From Dendrobates tinctorius (Eukaryota): a stretch of 64,000 bases of DNA. A program made the position numbers and the translations under genes. The stretch covers positions 12,648,001-12,712,000 of the forward strand of contig NW_027361696.1 in assembly GCF_039654945.1 (NCBI RefSeq). Reading direction: 5' to 3'. This document shows, one piece after another, positions 60,071-64,000 of this stretch; within the stretch, counting starts at the first letter, position 1, and each line of letters begins with the position of its first letter. The notes beneath the pieces were generated by a model, which had not been told where the DNA came from, ran no database searches, and saw only the letters and a program-made list of their open reading frames with translations.

Positions 60071-60578
60071 CCCGGATCACAGGATGTGTAGTGAGGGGCC
60101 TACAGCACTAGACCTGCACCCCTTCACATTCTCAGAGGGGCTTCTCCGAGGTTGGACCCCCTGCACCTGCCGGCCATGGTGAGAGCAGATGCAGCACCTG
60201 TGGATGTATCACCTCTATATGTGCAGCAGCCCTGTACAATGCCTGGGGTTCATCTGCTGCCATTACTGGAGATCGGGGTGCAGCGCTGAGCACATGTCAT
60301 CAGCACAGGCAGGGTCCCATCGGGGAGCAGCCACTAGTCACCCGGGAAAGTCCGAGGCGGCGCCCACCTGAGGCCAGCAGGGAAAGGGCGCAGTAATCAG
60401 CTTAGATCACTGATCTCCAAGGATGAGCACACCCGTGATCACAATGTTTAGAGAGCCTCCATTGCTGCCGGGCGGACTACAAGTCCCAGCGCAGAGGGCA
60501 GCATTTGGCATTCTGGGACTTGTAGTGCCCGGCCCACACAGAACATCACACCATACCTAAGGCTGCAAGATGGTTCAC

Positions 60579-60970
60579 CTAAGCGGCAGGGTCGCCGAGG
60601 CGGTGCTTCCATGACTGGCAGTGGTGCACCAGCAGTGCCTTCTTGTAGTTGCGGGTGCCCTTGGCCAGCTCATCGTGTCCGCCCGTCTCCTTGCAGCACC
60701 AGGCGCAGGACATCAAGCCTGTCTCCTGGCAGAAGCGCAGCCACGGGAACTCCTGCAGCTAGAAGCCCTGGAAGGAGCAGTGCAAGCTGGGCAGCAGGGA
60801 CTGGCTGCAGGCAGTGGAGAGGAGGCCGTAGCGGCGGGACCCGTCTCCCTGGATGCTGCAGTCCTGATGCTCAGTGGCTGCCGCCTCCCTCCGGCCGCCC
60901 ACAGCCTCCTCGTCCTCCTCCTCATCGGCGTCGTCGCTGCTGCCCCCACTGCTGCCCCCTCACTACCTGC
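60579..60970 (-). pseudogene. GC-rich exon-like segment encoding an acidic stretch and a TTF-type zinc finger
   Basis: Minus strand reads GSSDDADEEEDEEAVG...SFQGF*LQEFPWLRFCQETGLMSCAWCCKETGGHDELAKGTRNYKKALLVHHCQSWKHRLGDPAA* followed by GTGAAC. This fits the F..W...FPWL...M.C..C...G..N.K...L..H..S..H pattern. Confidence 0.7.
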
Positions 60971-62652
60971 AGCAGGTGCTGTCACCGCTAGCACAGGGGA
61001 AGGAGCACACGGCGGTGACCGGTCAGGACTCACTCCAGCTGACTTTCTGCCATAGAGACAGTGGCCGATTATAATGAGGCAATTTACCCTGGGCTAGTAG
61101 GCCCCCCCACACCACTGGGCCCTGGGCTACCGCCCAGATTGACCTCATTATAATCCGCCACTGCTCTCAGCTGCCACTAAACTTCTATCTCTCACTTCCT
61201 CCTTCGGCCTCACTCAATGGTCTTCTGCAGCCACTCACAAAGATGGCCACACACTAGACCTCATCTTCACCCGCCTCTGCTCCCTATCTAGCCTCTCTAA
61301 CTCACCTCTTCCTCTCTCTGACCACAACCTACTTACATTCTTTTCCCTCTCCTCCTCAGGTCCACAATCCCCACCTCAAAAACTTGCACACCCTCGCAGA
61401 AATCTTCAACACCTCGATCTACGCTTATTGTCTGAATCCCTCCTCCCTCTTACAGACATAAGTTCCGTACACAATGCGGATGTCGCTGCCGCCCTATATA
61501 ACACCACAATAGCTGTAGCTTTGGAATCAGTTGCCCCTCTCAAACATACCAAAGCTCGCAAAATCAACAGACAGCCCTGGCACACCAGTCTGACCAAAGA
61601 ACTGAGGCGGGCTTCCAGGGCTGCTGAGCAGAGATGGAAAAGATCCCACTCCAATGAGGACTTTATCGGATTGAAACAGTCCCTCTCACTACTTTCAAGA
61701 ACACACTCGCTGCAGCAAAACAAACTTACTTCTCTTCTCTCATATCCTCCCTGTCTCACAACCCTAAACAGTTATTCAACACCTTCAATTCTCCGCCCCC
61801 CAGCACCTCCTTCCTCTCCACTCATCTCAGCTGAAGACTTTGCCTCATTTTTCAAGAAGAATTACATCAGAGACAGTCTTGGTCAACAACCCCCAGTGCC
61901 CTTCCTCCTAACTGCCCTGCCCTCCTCCACCAAAGCCAACTTCTCCACCATTACAGAAGATCGACTCTCCACTCTACTGTCAAGATCACATCTCACTACC
62001 TGTGCACTTGACACGATCCCATCCCACTTCATCCCAAACCTCACCACAGTCTTCATCCCAACCCTAACCCACCTCTTCAACCTGTCACTAACAACTGGTG
62101 TTTTCCCCTCAAGCTTTAAACATGCCTCTATCACACCTATCCTCAAAAAGCCCTCTCTTGACCCATCCTCTGTATCTAGCTATCGCCCTATATCACTTCT
62201 CCCCTATGCCTCAAAACTACTGGAACAACACGTCCATCTTGAACTGTCCTCCCACCTCTCTTCTTGCTCCCTCCTTGACCGATTACAATCTGGCTTCCGG
62301 CCACACCACTCCACTGAATCTTCCCTAACTAAGGTCACCAATGACCTACTAGCAGCCAAGGCCAAGCGACACTACTCTGTCCTCCTCCTCCTGGACCTGT
62401 CCTCTGCCTTTTACACAGTGGACCATTCCCTATTACTACAGACCCTCTCATCTCTTGGTATCACAGACTTGGCCCTATCTTGGCTCTCGTCATACCTAAC
62501 AGACCGGACATTCAGCGTCTCCCACTCGCACACCACCTCCTCACCGCGCCCCCTATCCGTCGGAGTCCCGCAAGGTTCAATCCTAGGGCCCCTGCTCTTC
62601 TCCATTTACACCTTCGGCCTCGGACAGCTCATAGAATCTCATGGCTTTCACG

Positions 62653-64000
62653 CAGGGCTGTGGAGTCGGTAAGCCACAGTTGCGACTCCGACTCCGGCTC
62701 CGACTCCTTCATAAATGGCCAATTCATAACAACAAATTTACTGTTGTAAAATATTAAACATCGTGCTTATTCAGTTTCTCACCATCATATAAGTAATCAG
62801 ACCACTTAGAGCAAAAACTACATTTATTAGAATACAATTAGAATATAGCAAATAACTTTTATAAACTTTTCTAAACTGTAAGTAAATATGCAATAAACAC
62901 TTTTATGCAGTTAATAAGAAGAAATCTATAAATTTGTCCTCAGAAAAAGTATTGCCTCTGTCAGATCCTCCTTCATGGATGCCCTCAAATCTGATCTAAT
63001 TATTTTGAGAGCAGAGAACAACCTCTCTACACTAAATTGTGTTGGTGGCAAAGCAGTAACCACTCGGGCAACATCTCTGACAATGTCAGGATACAGAGGA
63101 ATCGCTTGTTGCACTGTTATTTTTGATGAACGGTCAAGTTTCTCAATTTCTTTTAGTGCGCATGAAAAATTCTGCTGAAATGTACTGGCTGTGTTCCTTG
63201 ATGGGGATGACTCTTCTTCTATGCGGGAACGCTTTGCACGGTCCTTGTGATCCAAATATTTTTCGAAATTAAATTCTTCATCAGTTGATGATGAGGGTGA
63301 AGATGTGGCAGGACGACCAAATTCTTCTTGTTCCTCCTGACTGTTCTGCAACCCTTTCATCCTTACTGCTATTTCAAACAGAGCTTCTTTTCCTTTACTT
63401 AGCTGTTGATCATCTAGAAGAATCCGATGCATTGGGTCTACATAAACAGCTGCCAAAAGAATGTTATTTTGTAATGTAGCTCCTCTCTCCGTTTCATTGA
63501 TGTAGCAATGCCACTTGCAATTAACCCTCCTCTTTGGGACAGGCGAAACATCAGGTTCTTCCACTGCTTTAAGAAAATACCTGGAGTTAAGTCCTCTGCT
63601 TGTAATTTTTTAGTCACTGTAAATGGGTGCTCTAGCAATTTTTCCAGCTCAGTCACCTGATTCCACTGACTTTCATTTAGCGTCAGTTGAGGGTTAGCCA
63701 TGTCTACAAGAAAGGTTTTCAGTTCAACCAAGCGCTGAATCATTAAGTAAGTACTGCCCCATCGTGTGGCTTGATCAATAATTGCCCCTTTTCCAGCACG
63801 TCTCTTCAAAATTGAGTCAACTTTAGGGGTTCTGGCAACAGTAGCCAATTTTCTCACCTTGCCAATCAGTGCAGCAGCATGTCCTTCTTGCAGACTGTCT
63901 CTTATAGCCAGCTGTAGCGTATGCACAACACAGCGCATGTGATGAATGAAAGAACATATTGACACAGTTTCAACAAGATCATCTAAACTATCATGTTGCT
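62653..64000 (-). mobile_element. hAT transposon with frameshifted transposase C-terminal half (runs off the window)
   Basis: Terminus CAGGGCTGTGGAGTCGG with gactcc repeats. The minus strand encodes RCVVHTLQLAI (CxxH) and TRWGSTYLM, a frameshift near 63480, then the hATC dimerisation region VARVVTALPPTQFSVERLFSALKIIRSDLRASM, ending at 62926. Confidence 0.9.

Larger units (their letters stand above)
55774..61163. mobile_element. Composite non-autonomous hAT element (5.39 kb including nested insertions)
   Basis: Termini CAGGGGTGGATTA / TAATCCGCCACTG with a perfect 8-bp TSD ctctcagc (55766-55773 / 61164-61171). The L2 reading frame is restored on removal. Confidence 0.9.
55495..62652 (+). mobile_element. 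L2-clade LINE ORF2 (55495-55773 and 61164-62652) split by a hAT element
   Basis: Endonuclease LAVIYRPPGS...IILGDFNIPID continues after the insertion as [12 protein letters not shown]...LSDHNL. RT motifs are [38 protein letters not shown] and [13 protein letters not shown]. It is cut just before YADD by the next element. Confidence 0.9.

Noticed and set aside
60621-61055. 144-aa Ala/Leu-rich + strand ORF
   Set aside because: It is the antisense shadow of the minus-strand TTF-finger segment.
55297-64000. Further kif17 exons
   Set aside because: No sequence encoding the expected next motif (GYNGTIFAYGQTGSGK) was found. The region is explained by L2, hAT, Tc1 and MITE sequence, so exon 2 lies beyond the window.

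Overview
This is vertebrate genomic DNA, most likely an anuran (frog) with a repeat-rich genome; the organism is inferred from the repeat families. Three host genes lie on the + strand in the same order as on human 1p36. hp1bp3 is complete (11 coding exons, 2407-5316, 517 aa, very short introns). sh2d5 is complete (9 coding exons, 23152-50539, 411 aa, one 23.4-kb intron). Only the first coding exon of kif17 is present (55066-55296). Almost everything else is nested transposable elements and minisatellites. The most notable object is a decayed epsilon-like (class I) endogenous retrovirus at 10811-20143 with paired LTRs and a tRNA-Lys-like PBS. Between the late domains and capsid, its gag region carries a RanBP2-type zinc finger and a full-length macrodomain that resembles the first macrodomain of PARP9/PARP14. 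This suggests a host ADP-ribosyl hydrolase module captured into Gag. The provirus sits in a Penelope-like element inside a minisatellite, and is itself hit by two solo LTRs, a Harbinger MITE and a 351-bp Penelope-type mini-element with a near-canonical hammerhead ribozyme. Two more hammerhead-like motifs share the same non-canonical GACA core. Also present are an intact-looking DD36E (Incomer-type) Tc1 element, a near full-length Tx1-type LINE, a deleted Gypsy chromovirus, hAT, Helitron, L2 and CR1 pieces, and a hAT carrying a TTF-zinc-finger exon-like segment. All family assignments come from motif recognition by eye; no searches were run.
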